Positions 11,415 to 20,589 of a stretch of 64,000 nucleotides of DNA are shown piece after piece. The first letter of the stretch is position 1; each line of letters opens with the position of its first letter. Source of the DNA: an uncultured Candidatus Saccharibacteria bacterium. GTDB lineage: Bacteria; Patescibacteriota; Minisyncoccia; Phycocordibacterales; UBA9973. The stretch lies in NCBI GenBank assembly GCA_964500465.1, contig CAZCNB010000003.1:13882-77881 (forward strand), in the 5' to 3' direction. Made by a program: the position numbers and the translations under genes. The notes beneath the pieces are model-generated. The model saw only the letters and a program-made list of their open reading frames with translations. It was not told where the DNA came from and searched no databases.

Positions 11415-11957
11415 TTATTGCTTATTGTCAACTTCTCCATTTTCCTTCTTGTCTGTATCATCTGTTTTCTTTTTTTGAGAAATTTTTAGGATAGCAAAAC
11501 CATTAGAGAACTTTTTAATCACTGTTGCATTGAAATCAGTTTTATTAAGAATTACTTTATAATTTTCTTTATCACTCAATACACTTGAATCAACCAATAC
11601 TAAACCGACATCAGAAATTATAACGCCTTGTCCTATTGGTTTTGGTTCCTCGATAGAAGGATTACCTGGAAGCTGTACTGCAACTGCATCCTCTTGGTAA
11701 ATAGAAACAATTGCATCTCCATCTCCAAAAGTTACAGCATTTTTTGATGAATCTTTTTCACTACTTACACTTGGTGCTGGAACAGTTGTGACTTTTTCTA
11801 TAGTGCGTTGTATGACGTTATTTATAGTCTGTGGAACAGTTTTAGGCATCTGTTGCATTATAGAAACAGTTATAATTCCAGTTGCAATAGAAACAACAAA
11901 TGTAATAAGCAGTGTAAGTAATACTAATTGTGTTTTGTTTAGCTCTTTTATATCCAT
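11415..11957 (-). CDS. Membrane-anchored protein with degenerate trypsin-like half domain
   Basis: N-terminal TM; [15 protein letters not shown] resembles the HtrA GSGFII..G.I.TN.H strand, but the catalytic His and Ser motifs are absent. Confidence 0.55.
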   Translation of the reverse strand: MDIKELNKTQLVLLTLLITFVVSIATGIITVSIMQQMPKTVPQTINNVIQRTIEKVTTVPAPSVSSEKDSSKNAVTFGDGDAIVSIYQEDAVAVQLPGNPSIEEPKPIGQGVIISDVGLVLVDSSVLSDKENYKVILNKTDFNATVIKKFSNGFAILKISQKKKTDDTDKKENGEVDNKQ

Positions 11958-11984
11958 AGATCTATTATATCATAGCAGTCAAAT

Positions 11985-13199
11985 CTATTTCCACTTGGAA
12001 TATTTAGTTAAAATAAGTTTGATTGCATTAAACAAATTATCAATATCAGTTCTTTTAGTTTCTCTTCCAAGGGTTATTCTAATAGAACCTTCAACTGAGT
12101 TTTGCTTTAGACCTTTTGCATTACGAATAGCAGATATAACATAAGATTCATCTGGGTCATCACTTTTACATGCACTCTTTGATGATACCTCTATACCCCT
12201 TGCATCAAGTTCAACAACTAGAAGTTCACTAGGTATTTCTGAAATAGAAATATTTATATTGTTTGGTAGTCTTTTTTCTTTACTCCCATTCAATAAAAAT
12301 TGATATCGACCAATCTTACCAGACAAAGAAAGAAGTTTTTTTATACCATAATCACGAATACTTGTAAGTCTCTTAAATTCTTTTAATTTTACTTTCTCAG
12401 TTATCTCTAAAGCCTTGGTTAATCCAACTATTGATAAAAGATTTTCAGTTCCAGAACGTAAACAACTCTCTTGTCCACCTCCGTAATATATTGGTTCTAA
12501 GCTTATATTTCTCCTCTTATACAAAACCCCTATTCCTTTAGGGCCGTATATTTTAGAACTATTAAATGACATCAAATCTACCCCAAGTTTATCGACATTC
12601 GAAATATCTAGATAATTTATAGCCTGACAAGCATCTGTGTGAAATATTGGAAATATAGAATTATTTTTTTTTCTGACATATCTAATAGTTTTTGCTATAT
12701 CAACTATTGGTTCTATTGTTCCAATTTCATTGTTGGCATAAGAAACCGAAACAAGTATTGTATTTGACTTTAATGAATCTCTAATATTATTGGGGTTAAT
12801 TATCCCAAACTCATCGGGATTAATATATGTAACTTCGGCGTAATTATTTTTTTCAAGCATTCTACAATTCTCAAGTACAGAAGGGTGCTCTATAGAAGTT
12901 GTAATTATATGGGGTATTTTTTTACCCTTGTATTTATATATCGTACCTAAAATAGCAATAGCAACACTCTCAGTTCCTGATCCTGTAAAAATTATCTCGT
13001 CTGAGTGCGCATTAATAAATTTTGCTATTTTTTCTCTATTGCTTTCTATGACACTCCTAACTAGTACACCACTTTTGTGTATAGCACTTGGATTGGCAAA
13101 AAAACTTCGAAAAGAATCCATTGATTTTTGCACACTAACATCAACTGGAGTTGCAGAAGCATAATCAAGATATATTAATTTTTTATCATTTTTAGCCAT
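11985..13199 (-). CDS. iscS: Cysteine desulfurase (IscS/NifS group I)
   Basis: YLDYASATP, FTGSGTES, NNEIG, HTDACQA, PLP Lys in SSKIYGPKG, RSGTEN, SAC. Confidence 0.92.
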   Translation of the reverse strand: MAKNDKKLIYLDYASATPVDVSVQKSMDSFRSFFANPSAIHKSGVLVRSVIESNREKIAKFINAHSDEIIFTGSGTESVAIAILGTIYKYKGKKIPHIITTSIEHPSVLENCRMLEKNNYAEVTYINPDEFGIINPNNIRDSLKSNTILVSVSYANNEIGTIEPIVDIAKTIRYVRKKNNSIFPIFHTDACQAINYLDISNVDKLGVDLMSFNSSKIYGPKGIGVLYKRRNISLEPIYYGGGQESCLRSGTENLLSIVGLTKALEITEKVKLKEFKRLTSIRDYGIKKLLSLSGKIGRYQFLLNGSKEKRLPNNINISISEIPSELLVVELDARGIEVSSKSACKSDDPDESYVISAIRNAKGLKQNSVEGSIRITLGRETKRTDIDNLFNAIKLILTKYSKWK

Positions 13200-13269
13200 A
13201 AAATATATACATTATCACTATATCACAGCATTGTAAAAAGACTAGAATTCATATATACTCTCGTAAGTT

Positions 13270-13713
13270 ATGAATACAATCATTCTAATTTACATATTAT
13301 CCTTTGTCGTAATATTACTCCTAGTATGGGTAATAGTAGTCGAGAGAAGGTTAAGAAGATTTTTTCTAGGCAAAAATGCAGAGAGTTTAGAAACACTAAT
13401 GGTAGACGTTTCAAAACAGGTTGAAAACTTAAAAAACACACAATTAGAAATAAATAAACATCTTGAAACAGTAGACAAAAGATTGAATAAATCGATACGC
13501 AGAATTGAAACAGTAAGATTTAATCCATTCTTAGATGCCGGAAGTAATCAAAGTTTTGCTATTTCTTTTTTGAATGATGAAGGAGATGGGGTTATTATTT
13601 CTAGCCTTTATGCAAGAGATAGGATGAGTATATTTGCAAAACCAATAACATCTGGAAAGTCAGAATTTGAATTATCAACAGAAGAAAAAGAAGTGCTTAG
13701 AAAATCTAAATAA
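13270..13713 (+). CDS. DUF4446-like membrane protein
   Basis: TM + coiled coil + VRFNPF..GSNQSFAI..G..ISSLYAR..AKP..LS.EE pattern. Confidence 0.75.
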   Translation: MNTIILIYILSFVVILLLVWVIVVERRLRRFFLGKNAESLETLMVDVSKQVENLKNTQLEINKHLETVDKRLNKSIRRIETVRFNPFLDAGSNQSFAISFLNDEGDGVIISSLYARDRMSIFAKPITSGKSEFELSTEEKEVLRKSK

Positions 13714-15225
13714 ATGAATACCCAAAACCAAAAACAAAATACTGTTGAGCGTTCCCCTGTCGTTGTTGTGATGGGTCATGTTGATCACGGAAAATCGACA
13801 CTTTTAGACTATATTCGTAAATCAAATATAGTTGAAGCTGAAGCAGGAGGAATAACACAACATATAAGCGCTTACGAAGTAAGTCATAAGGATGAAAATG
13901 GCGAAAATAAAATGATAACTTTTTTGGATACACCTGGACACGAAGCATTTTCAAAAATGAGAACCCGTGGTGCAACAACTTCAGATATTGCAATTTTAGT
14001 TGTATCTGCAGAAGATAGTGTAAAAGCACAGACTCTTGAAGCTTATAACACGATAATTGAAAGCAAAATACCTTATATAGTTGCAATAAACAAAATAGAT
14101 AAACCGAATGCAAATATAGAAAAAGTAAAAATGGACTTAGTTGAAAAAGGAATATATCTTGAAGGTATGGGTGGAGATATACCATTTGTTCCTATCTCTG
14201 CTAAGAATGGTAGTGGTGTAAGTGAACTACTGGATATGATTCTATTAGTTTCTATGATGCATACTTTTGTAGGTGAAAGAGATATTCCTGCTAAGGGTAT
14301 AATAATAGAAGCTAATCGTGAACCAAAACGTGGCATATCAGCTACTGGTATTATAAAAAATGGAACGTTAAAAAATGGCATGTTCGTGGCATGTGGCAGT
14401 GCTATGGTAACTACAAGAATACTTGAGAACTTCTTAGGTAAACCTATAAAAGAGGCTTCTTTTTCATCCCCTATTAAACTTATTGGTTTTGACGCAATGC
14501 CTGAGGTTGGAAGTGAATTTGTATCTTTCAAAACCAAAAAAGAAGCTGAGGCTTATATAGAAGAATTTAAAGAAAACAAACTATCTCCTAAAAACGAAGA
14601 TTTTAAAAATAATGAAGCAGAAAAAATAATACCTATTCTTATAAAGGCAGATGTTGCTGGGACAATTGAAGCTATTGAAAAAGAAGTTAGTAAATTAAAT
14701 TGTAAAGAAATATCTTTTAAAATAATCAGCGGAGGTGTTGGTGCAATAAACGAATCGGACTTAAAGATGGCAAGTATAAATAAAGACACTTTGGTTATTG
14801 GATTTAATACAAAGATAGATAATGGGGCTCGAGATCTAAATGAGCAACTAAAAGTAAATATTGAAACGTTCGATATAATTTACAAACTAGTTGATAGATT
14901 GAAGGAAGTAATAGAAGAAAGGAAACCTCGACAAGAACAAGTCGAAGTAATAGGTGCAGTTAAGATACTAAAAACTTTTAGTGCAACAAAAGACAAACAG
15001 GTCGTAGGTGGAAAAGTCACAACTGGCAGAATTACAGACAATAGTAACGTCAGGATAATGCGAAGAGATTTCGAAATTGGTCGAGGTAAAATTGTTGGAT
15101 TACAAACCAATAAGATAAGAACGAGAGAAGTCCTAGAAGATACTGATTGTGGCATATTAGTAGAATCTAAAATAGACATAGCATCTGGAGATGTATTAGA
15201 AGCTTTTATTATGACTGTTAAATAA
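13714..15225 (+). CDS. infB: Translation initiation factor IF-2 (short, lacks N-terminal domain)
   Basis: GHVDHGKS, EAGGITQHI, DTPGHEAF, NKID. Confidence 0.96.
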   Translation: MNTQNQKQNTVERSPVVVVMGHVDHGKSTLLDYIRKSNIVEAEAGGITQHISAYEVSHKDENGENKMITFLDTPGHEAFSKMRTRGATTSDIAILVVSAEDSVKAQTLEAYNTIIESKIPYIVAINKIDKPNANIEKVKMDLVEKGIYLEGMGGDIPFVPISAKNGSGVSELLDMILLVSMMHTFVGERDIPAKGIIIEANREPKRGISATGIIKNGTLKNGMFVACGSAMVTTRILENFLGKPIKEASFSSPIKLIGFDAMPEVGSEFVSFKTKKEAEAYIEEFKENKLSPKNEDFKNNEAEKIIPILIKADVAGTIEAIEKEVSKLNCKEISFKIISGGVGAINESDLKMASINKDTLVIGFNTKIDNGARDLNEQLKVNIETFDIIYKLVDRLKEVIEERKPRQEQVEVIGAVKILKTFSATKDKQVVGGKVTTGRITDNSNVRIMRRDFEIGRGKIVGLQTNKIRTREVLEDTDCGILVESKIDIASGDVLEAFIMTVK

Positions 15226-15226
15226 A

Positions 15227-15559
15227 ATGGATAAAAAAGAATTTAGGGGTGAAAAAATTGCAGAACGTATAAAAGAATTGTCTGCATTATATATAGAAAA
15301 AGAATCTAGTAACACCTCGCTAATTACAGTAACTAGAGTATTGATATCTCCTGATAACAAAAATGCAACAATAATGATAAGTGTTTTACCTCGCGAAAAA
15401 GAAAATGCAGCTTATGGTTTTATTAAGAGGAATCTCGGAAATCTAAGAAAACATATAACTAAAAATCTTAAAATAAATCCTATTCCCTTCTTAGATGTTA
15501 AGATAGACGAGGGTGAAAAGAATAGACAAAAAATTGACGAATTGCTTCTGAAAAGTTAG
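15227..15559 (+). CDS. rbfA: Ribosome-binding factor A
   Basis: Follows infB; ITVTRV.ISPD..A, P.L..D and IDELL patterns. Confidence 0.85.
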   Translation: MDKKEFRGEKIAERIKELSALYIEKESSNTSLITVTRVLISPDNKNATIMISVLPREKENAAYGFIKRNLGNLRKHITKNLKINPIPFLDVKIDEGEKNRQKIDELLLKS

Positions 15560-15571
15560 GATACGAGATAT

Positions 15572-15643
15572 GGCGTGGTGGCGAAGTGGTAACGCTGCGG
15601 TCTGCAAAACCGCCATTCGTGGGTTCGATTCCCACCCACGCCT
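15572..15643 (+). tRNA. tRNA-Cys(GCA), CCA not encoded
   Basis: GGCGTGG/CCACGCC acceptor, GCGGT-CTGCAAA-ACCGC anticodon arm, GGTTCGATTCC, U73 discriminator. Confidence 0.95.
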
Positions 15644-15760
15644 CAAGGGCGCTGGAACATGCAAACTACTTTGCATGTGTGTGGAAATCGAAAGGTTTTT
15701 ATTTATCTAAGATATAAAAACACCCGCGGCGGTAGGCCGAGATTCCCACCCACGCCTCCA
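15627..15760 (+). repeat. 18-bp direct repeat of tRNA-Cys 3' end flanking a ~96-bp insert (att-like scar)
   Basis: GATTCCCACCCACGCCTC at 15627-15644 and 15741-15758; the second copy continues to CCA; an imperfect inverted copy lies at 15677-15692. Confidence 0.85.
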
Positions 15761-15795
15761 TGCGATTAATCGCATTTTGTTTTAAAAATAGATAT

Positions 15796-15877
15796 GCCCA
15801 GGTGGCGGAATTGGTATACGCGCTAGTCTTAGGAACTAGTGGAGCAATCCTTGGAGGTTCAAGTCCTCTCCTGGGCA
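15796..15877 (+). tRNA. tRNA-Leu(TAG), CCA not encoded
   Basis: GCCCAGG/CCTGGGC acceptor, CTAGT-CTTAGGA-ACTAG anticodon arm, variable arm, GGTTCAAGTCC. Confidence 0.95.
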
Positions 15878-15882
15878 CAATT

Positions 15883-15922
15883 AATATAAAAACAGCCGTG
15901 TAACTCCGGCTGTTTTTATATT
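15883..15922 (+). terminator. Intrinsic terminator after tRNA-Leu
   Basis: AATATAAAAACAGCCG/CGGCTGTTTTTATATT inverted repeat. Confidence 0.8.
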
Positions 15923-15989
15923 GACTGGTATTAAGTATATATGTTAGTTTAAAATAAAATAGATCTAAAAACTCAAAACCAAACTTATT

Positions 15990-16430
15990 ATGCAAACAAG
16001 AAACACTACTTCGTTGCTTGTACTGTGGGGTAATAAAATACTCCTATTACCCTCTAAAGCCGGTAACAGTACCTCGGGTCAAGTTGACCCTCCTTCATGT
16101 TCCCTTTCGTTCAACTCTGAACAAGAAAGGATTCAACATGTAATGAATAAACTGCTATCAGAAGCGGCGGCAAAAAATTTCTCAAACTTCTTTGAAAAGC
16201 TCAGGAATCCAATAAAATTCTCGCACAAAGATGAATTGGGAGAAAAGCTTTTCACAGGATACGTGGCTGTTATAAAAAAAGATTCGATACCCAATGAAAA
16301 CTTTATGGTGGATGAATCGGAAATCTGGGAAGAAATAACCGACATACATCAAGGCACAAGTACACTTATTATAACCCCTATGTTCAAGAGGGCTATATCT
16401 GAGCTCATTGGTGGCTACATAGCGGCATAA
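15990..16430 (+). CDS. Hypothetical protein
   Basis: 146-aa ORF filling its own promoter-to-terminator unit; no motif recognised. Confidence 0.55.
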   Translation: MQTRNTTSLLVLWGNKILLLPSKAGNSTSGQVDPPSCSLSFNSEQERIQHVMNKLLSEAAAKNFSNFFEKLRNPIKFSHKDELGEKLFTGYVAVIKKDSIPNENFMVDESEIWEEITDIHQGTSTLIITPMFKRAISELIGGYIAA

Positions 16431-16450
16431 AAAACTGATAAGTAAGTGAT

Positions 16451-16481
16451 ATGGTTACTGGTCCGCCAGTAACCATTTTTT
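16451..16481 (+). terminator. Intrinsic terminator
   Basis: ATGGTTACTGG-TCCG-CCAGTAACCAT followed by a T run. Confidence 0.8.
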
Positions 16482-16519
16482 ATTTGCAAAATTGCCTCAA
16501 ATATAGTAGTATTAACCCT

Positions 16520-16753
16520 ATGACGATTATTGCTAACGTATTACCATATATACAGATTATACTGTCTATTATTTTGGTTGTCGCAATTCTACTTCAACAA
16601 TCAAGCGCAGGACTTGGTGGCGCTCTTGGAGGTGGAGATGGTGGTGGTTTATATCACACTAGACGTGGCTTCGAAAAATTCCTATTTATTACAACTATTA
16701 TAGTTGGTATCCTATTTGCTGCTTCTGCATTTATTGCAATACTCGTTAAATAG
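16520..16753 (+). CDS. secG: Preprotein translocase subunit SecG
   Basis: ILLQQSSAGLGGALGG..TRRGFEK, two TMs; ATG at 16520 chosen because the upstream ATG lies in a terminator. Confidence 0.92.
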   Translation: MTIIANVLPYIQIILSIILVVAILLQQSSAGLGGALGGGDGGGLYHTRRGFEKFLFITTIIVGILFAASAFIAILVK

Positions 16754-16785
16754 ATAAGTAAAAACTTGATAACAAAAGTGCAAAT

Positions 16786-18609
16786 ATGCATAATTTTCTC
16801 ACATTTATAAAAGAATTTCGCATGCCTAAAAAACAGGAGTTACTTGATGCTAGATCCTCTTTTTCTAGGAAGGAGCTTTCTACATTTATTACCTTTGTAG
16901 TTATATCTATAATAAGTATGATAATAATTGTAAGTAAAGTTAACAATTCTTTCATGGTAGAGGTACCAGCAAGTGGGGGCAAAATAACTGAAGGAATAAT
17001 TGGTATGCCAACTTTAGTTAACCCTGTACTTGCTTTAACTGATGCAGACAAAGATCTTACATCTCTAGTTTACAGTGGACTGATGAGGAAAACTCCAGGT
17101 GGAGACTTTATAAATGATATATCAGATTCATACACTGTATCTCCAGATGGAATGACTTACACATTTTCAATAAAAGATAATGCGAGATTTCAAGATGGTG
17201 TAAAAATAACAGCTGATGATGTAATATTTACAATAGAAAAAATAAAAGACCCTTTAATAAAAAGCCCAAGAAAAATAGGATGGGATGGTGTAAGTGTAAG
17301 TAAAAAAGATGATAAAACTGTAGTATTTACATTGAAACAACCATACATATCTTTTTTAGACAACACTACAATAGGAATACTACCAATGCATGTTTGGAAA
17401 AACGTGACACCTGCTGAATTCAATCTCTCAACATTAAACAATATAAGAGCTATTGGTTCTGGACCTTACAAAATTGACTCTGTATCAAAAAATAAAGATG
17501 GTGTCCCAGAAAAGTATAATCTAAAAAAATTTAAAGACTTCTTGCTTGGAGAACCTAATATAGAATATTTAAACATAGTTTCATATTCAAATGAAAAAGA
17601 ACTAATCGACGCACTTTTATCAAACACAATAAATCAAGCAAGTGGTATATCACCTGAAAATGCTCAAAAAATAGTATCTTACGGCTATAAAATAAATACC
17701 GCAAACTTACCTAGAATATTTGGATTGTTCTTTAATAGTAATCACAACAAAATCTTACAAGATAAAGACGTAGTTAAAGCGTTTGATAAAGCACTTAACA
17801 GGCAGGAAATTATAGATAAAGCTTTGAGTGGTTACGCAAGCGCAATACACGATCCTATACCTGATACAATAAAAAAAGACACTTTTGTTAAAGAATATAC
17901 AACATCAGGAATAGAAGAGGCTAGAGAAATTTTAGAAAAATCTGGTTGGAAGCAAGGAGTTGACGGCATAAGATCAAAAGGAGGTTCAACAACAGTAACA
18001 AAAACCAAAAAGGTTGGAAAGAAAACTGTTACAGAGAAAGTAACAGTAAACAATGGACCTGTGACAAGACTTGCATTTTCTATGACGACTGGAGATACAC
18101 CAGAGCTAAAAAATATAGCAAATTTGATAAAGGAACAACTTGAAAAATTAGGCGCTAGTATTGAAATAAAAATATATGAAACAGGACCATTAAATAATAT
18201 TATTAGATCACGTGAGTATGAAGCTTTATTTTTCGGACAAATTGTTAACCACGAGTCTGATTTGTTTTCATTCTGGCATTCAAGTCAAAAAAATGATCCG
18301 GGGTTAAACATAGCAATGTATAACAATAAAAACGTAGATGCTATATTAGAATCGGCTCAAAAAATACTTAAACCAGAAGATAGATTGAGTAAATACAACG
18401 ACTTTTTAAAGGAATTTGATAATGACGTACCAGCTTTACTTATATATTCACCAAAATACTTAAATGCAACATCATTAAAACTTAATAATATAAATTTAGG
18501 AACATTAACAATACCGTCGGACCGTTTCTTATCAATTTACAAATGGTATGCTGATACAGATAAAATTTGGAAAATTTTTGCAAAATCGTATACCAAAAAC
18601 ACAGAATAA
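16786..18609 (+). CDS. Peptide ABC transporter substrate-binding protein (OppA/SBP family 5), membrane anchored
   Basis: LNPV-like, YSGL, YTF.I.D..RF.DG..ITADDV.FT, IGSGPY motifs. Confidence 0.85.
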   Translation: MHNFLTFIKEFRMPKKQELLDARSSFSRKELSTFITFVVISIISMIIIVSKVNNSFMVEVPASGGKITEGIIGMPTLVNPVLALTDADKDLTSLVYSGLMRKTPGGDFINDISDSYTVSPDGMTYTFSIKDNARFQDGVKITADDVIFTIEKIKDPLIKSPRKIGWDGVSVSKKDDKTVVFTLKQPYISFLDNTTIGILPMHVWKNVTPAEFNLSTLNNIRAIGSGPYKIDSVSKNKDGVPEKYNLKKFKDFLLGEPNIEYLNIVSYSNEKELIDALLSNTINQASGISPENAQKIVSYGYKINTANLPRIFGLFFNSNHNKILQDKDVVKAFDKALNRQEIIDKALSGYASAIHDPIPDTIKKDTFVKEYTTSGIEEAREILEKSGWKQGVDGIRSKGGSTTVTKTKKVGKKTVTEKVTVNNGPVTRLAFSMTTGDTPELKNIANLIKEQLEKLGASIEIKIYETGPLNNIIRSREYEALFFGQIVNHESDLFSFWHSSQKNDPGLNIAMYNNKNVDAILESAQKILKPEDRLSKYNDFLKEFDNDVPALLIYSPKYLNATSLKLNNINLGTLTIPSDRFLSIYKWYADTDKIWKIFAKSYTKNTE

Positions 18610-18615
18610 AAATAT

Positions 18616-20586
18616 ATGAATCAAACACACTCAAGTGGAAAACCAAGGAATAACCGTTTCCACAACAAACAAAGCACTGTGCGTACAATGCACAAGCCCA
18701 ATACCGTAACACATCATACTTCTTCAAGTAATACTAAAAATCACAGTAATATTAAACCTAGAACTAATTCTACGACAAATAGAGGGAGCAGAGGTAGTTA
18801 TCAATATGGTAGTAATAAAGGTGGTAGGAGGCCAAAACCCCAAGCCCAACCAGAAGGTACATCTCAAATTGTTCAAAAGAGGAAAACTCACTTAATTCCC
18901 CCACCAGCACAAGGTGTGGTTAGAATTATTCCACTTGGAGGAGTAGAAGAAATAGGAAAAAATATGACTGCTATTGAAATTGGTAACGATATAATAGTTA
19001 TCGATGCTGGAATGCAATTTAAAACAGAAGATACTCCTGGCATAGATTATATAATTCCAAATACAACATATTTAGAAGAAAGGAAGGAAAAAATTCGAGC
19101 AATGATTGTAACTCATGGACACTTAGATCACATAGGAGGAATACCACTTGTAATGAGTAGAATTGGTAACCCACCACTATATTCTAGAAATCTATCTATA
19201 TTGTTGATGAAAAAAAGACAAGAGGAATTTCCTCACCTACCACCTTTAAATATACAGGTGGTTGAAAAAGATTCAGTAATATACGCAGGTGAAATGAGAA
19301 TCAGATTCTTTGGAGTAACGCACACAGTCCCTGACTCAATGGGAATAATTGTAGAAACTCCATATGGATCAATAGTAACCCCAGGAGATTACAAACTTGA
19401 TCAAATAGACGGAAAAGTAACAGACGAAGAAGAAAAAGAGTATGCATTTTTTGATAAAGAAAAAGTACTATGTCTTTTAACTGACTCTACAAATGTTGAA
19501 AATGAAGGTTATGCTGTGCCTGAAGTAAGAGTACATGAGGGACTAGATAAACTAATTAAACAGTGCTCTGGACGAATAATCATTGCTGCATTCGCTTCAC
19601 ACATAACAAGATTGGTTAAAATTGTTGAGATAGCAGAAGGACTAGGTAAAAAAGTAGTATTAGACGGTAGATCACTTAAAACAAATATGGAGGTTTGTGA
19701 ACAAGCTGGATTATTTAAACCAAAGAAAGGAACAATAATTCCGGTAGAAGAAGTAGATAACTATCCCCCTAATAAAGTAATAGTATTAATGACAGGTGCA
19801 CAAGGTGAAGAATTTGCATCTCTAAATCGTGCGGCAAACAAAACTCACAAAAAATTTACTATAAGAAAAGGAGATACTATTATTCTTTCCGCATCTATCG
19901 TCCCTGGAAACGAGATATCTGTCCAACATTTAAAAGACAATTTGGCTCGTCACGGAGTACGCATAATAAGTTATCGTACATCTGAAGAAACAATACACGC
20001 TACTGGTCACGGGAACCAAGAAGATATCAAATGGCTACACAAGAAAACTCACCCTAGATTCTTCATACCAATACATGGTTGGCACTCAATGCTGGTCAGA
20101 CATAAGGAACTAGCAATGTCTCTTGGAATGTCAGAAGAAAATATTGTTGTACCAGATAACGGCTCAATAATTGAAATAACTGACAATGGAGAGAAGATTA
20201 CTGTTAGAAAAGAGAAGGCACCTTCAGGACCTATGATGGTTGACGGGTTCTCTGTTGGTGATGAACAAGATGTGGTTATAAGAGATAGGCAAATGCTTGC
20301 TCAAGACGGAATGTTTGTACTTATTGCAACAATAGACTCAACTAACGGCAAACTTAGAAAATCACCGGATATAATATCACGTGGATTCATATATCTAAAA
20401 GAGAATCAAGAATTATTACACCAAGTAAGACTGATCATTAAAAAGACAATAGAAGACGGAACTCGAGGTATGAATCCTATAAACTTTGATGTTATCAAAA
20501 CTAACCTGGGTGATAATATTTCAAAATTCCTATACCAAAAAACAGCTAAGAGACCACTTGTTATACCAGTATTACTAAGTGTATAA
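18616..20586 (+). CDS. rnj: Ribonuclease J
   Basis: PLGGVEEIGKNM, THGHLDHIGG, HATGH, FIPIHG; basic low-complexity N-terminal extension. Confidence 0.95.
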   Translation: MNQTHSSGKPRNNRFHNKQSTVRTMHKPNTVTHHTSSSNTKNHSNIKPRTNSTTNRGSRGSYQYGSNKGGRRPKPQAQPEGTSQIVQKRKTHLIPPPAQGVVRIIPLGGVEEIGKNMTAIEIGNDIIVIDAGMQFKTEDTPGIDYIIPNTTYLEERKEKIRAMIVTHGHLDHIGGIPLVMSRIGNPPLYSRNLSILLMKKRQEEFPHLPPLNIQVVEKDSVIYAGEMRIRFFGVTHTVPDSMGIIVETPYGSIVTPGDYKLDQIDGKVTDEEEKEYAFFDKEKVLCLLTDSTNVENEGYAVPEVRVHEGLDKLIKQCSGRIIIAAFASHITRLVKIVEIAEGLGKKVVLDGRSLKTNMEVCEQAGLFKPKKGTIIPVEEVDNYPPNKVIVLMTGAQGEEFASLNRAANKTHKKFTIRKGDTIILSASIVPGNEISVQHLKDNLARHGVRIISYRTSEETIHATGHGNQEDIKWLHKKTHPRFFIPIHGWHSMLVRHKELAMSLGMSEENIVVPDNGSIIEITDNGEKITVRKEKAPSGPMMVDGFSVGDEQDVVIRDRQMLAQDGMFVLIATIDSTNGKLRKSPDIISRGFIYLKENQELLHQVRLIIKKTIEDGTRGMNPINFDVIKTNLGDNISKFLYQKTAKRPLVIPVLLSV

Positions 20587-20589
20587 AGT

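Noticed and set aside
15491-15995. Two minus-strand ORFs across the tRNAs
   Set aside because: They are translations of antisense tRNA-Cys and tRNA-Leu sequence.
16451-16519. Longer secG start
   Set aside because: The ATG lies within a terminator hairpin; the ATG at 16520 has a -10 box 7 nt upstream.
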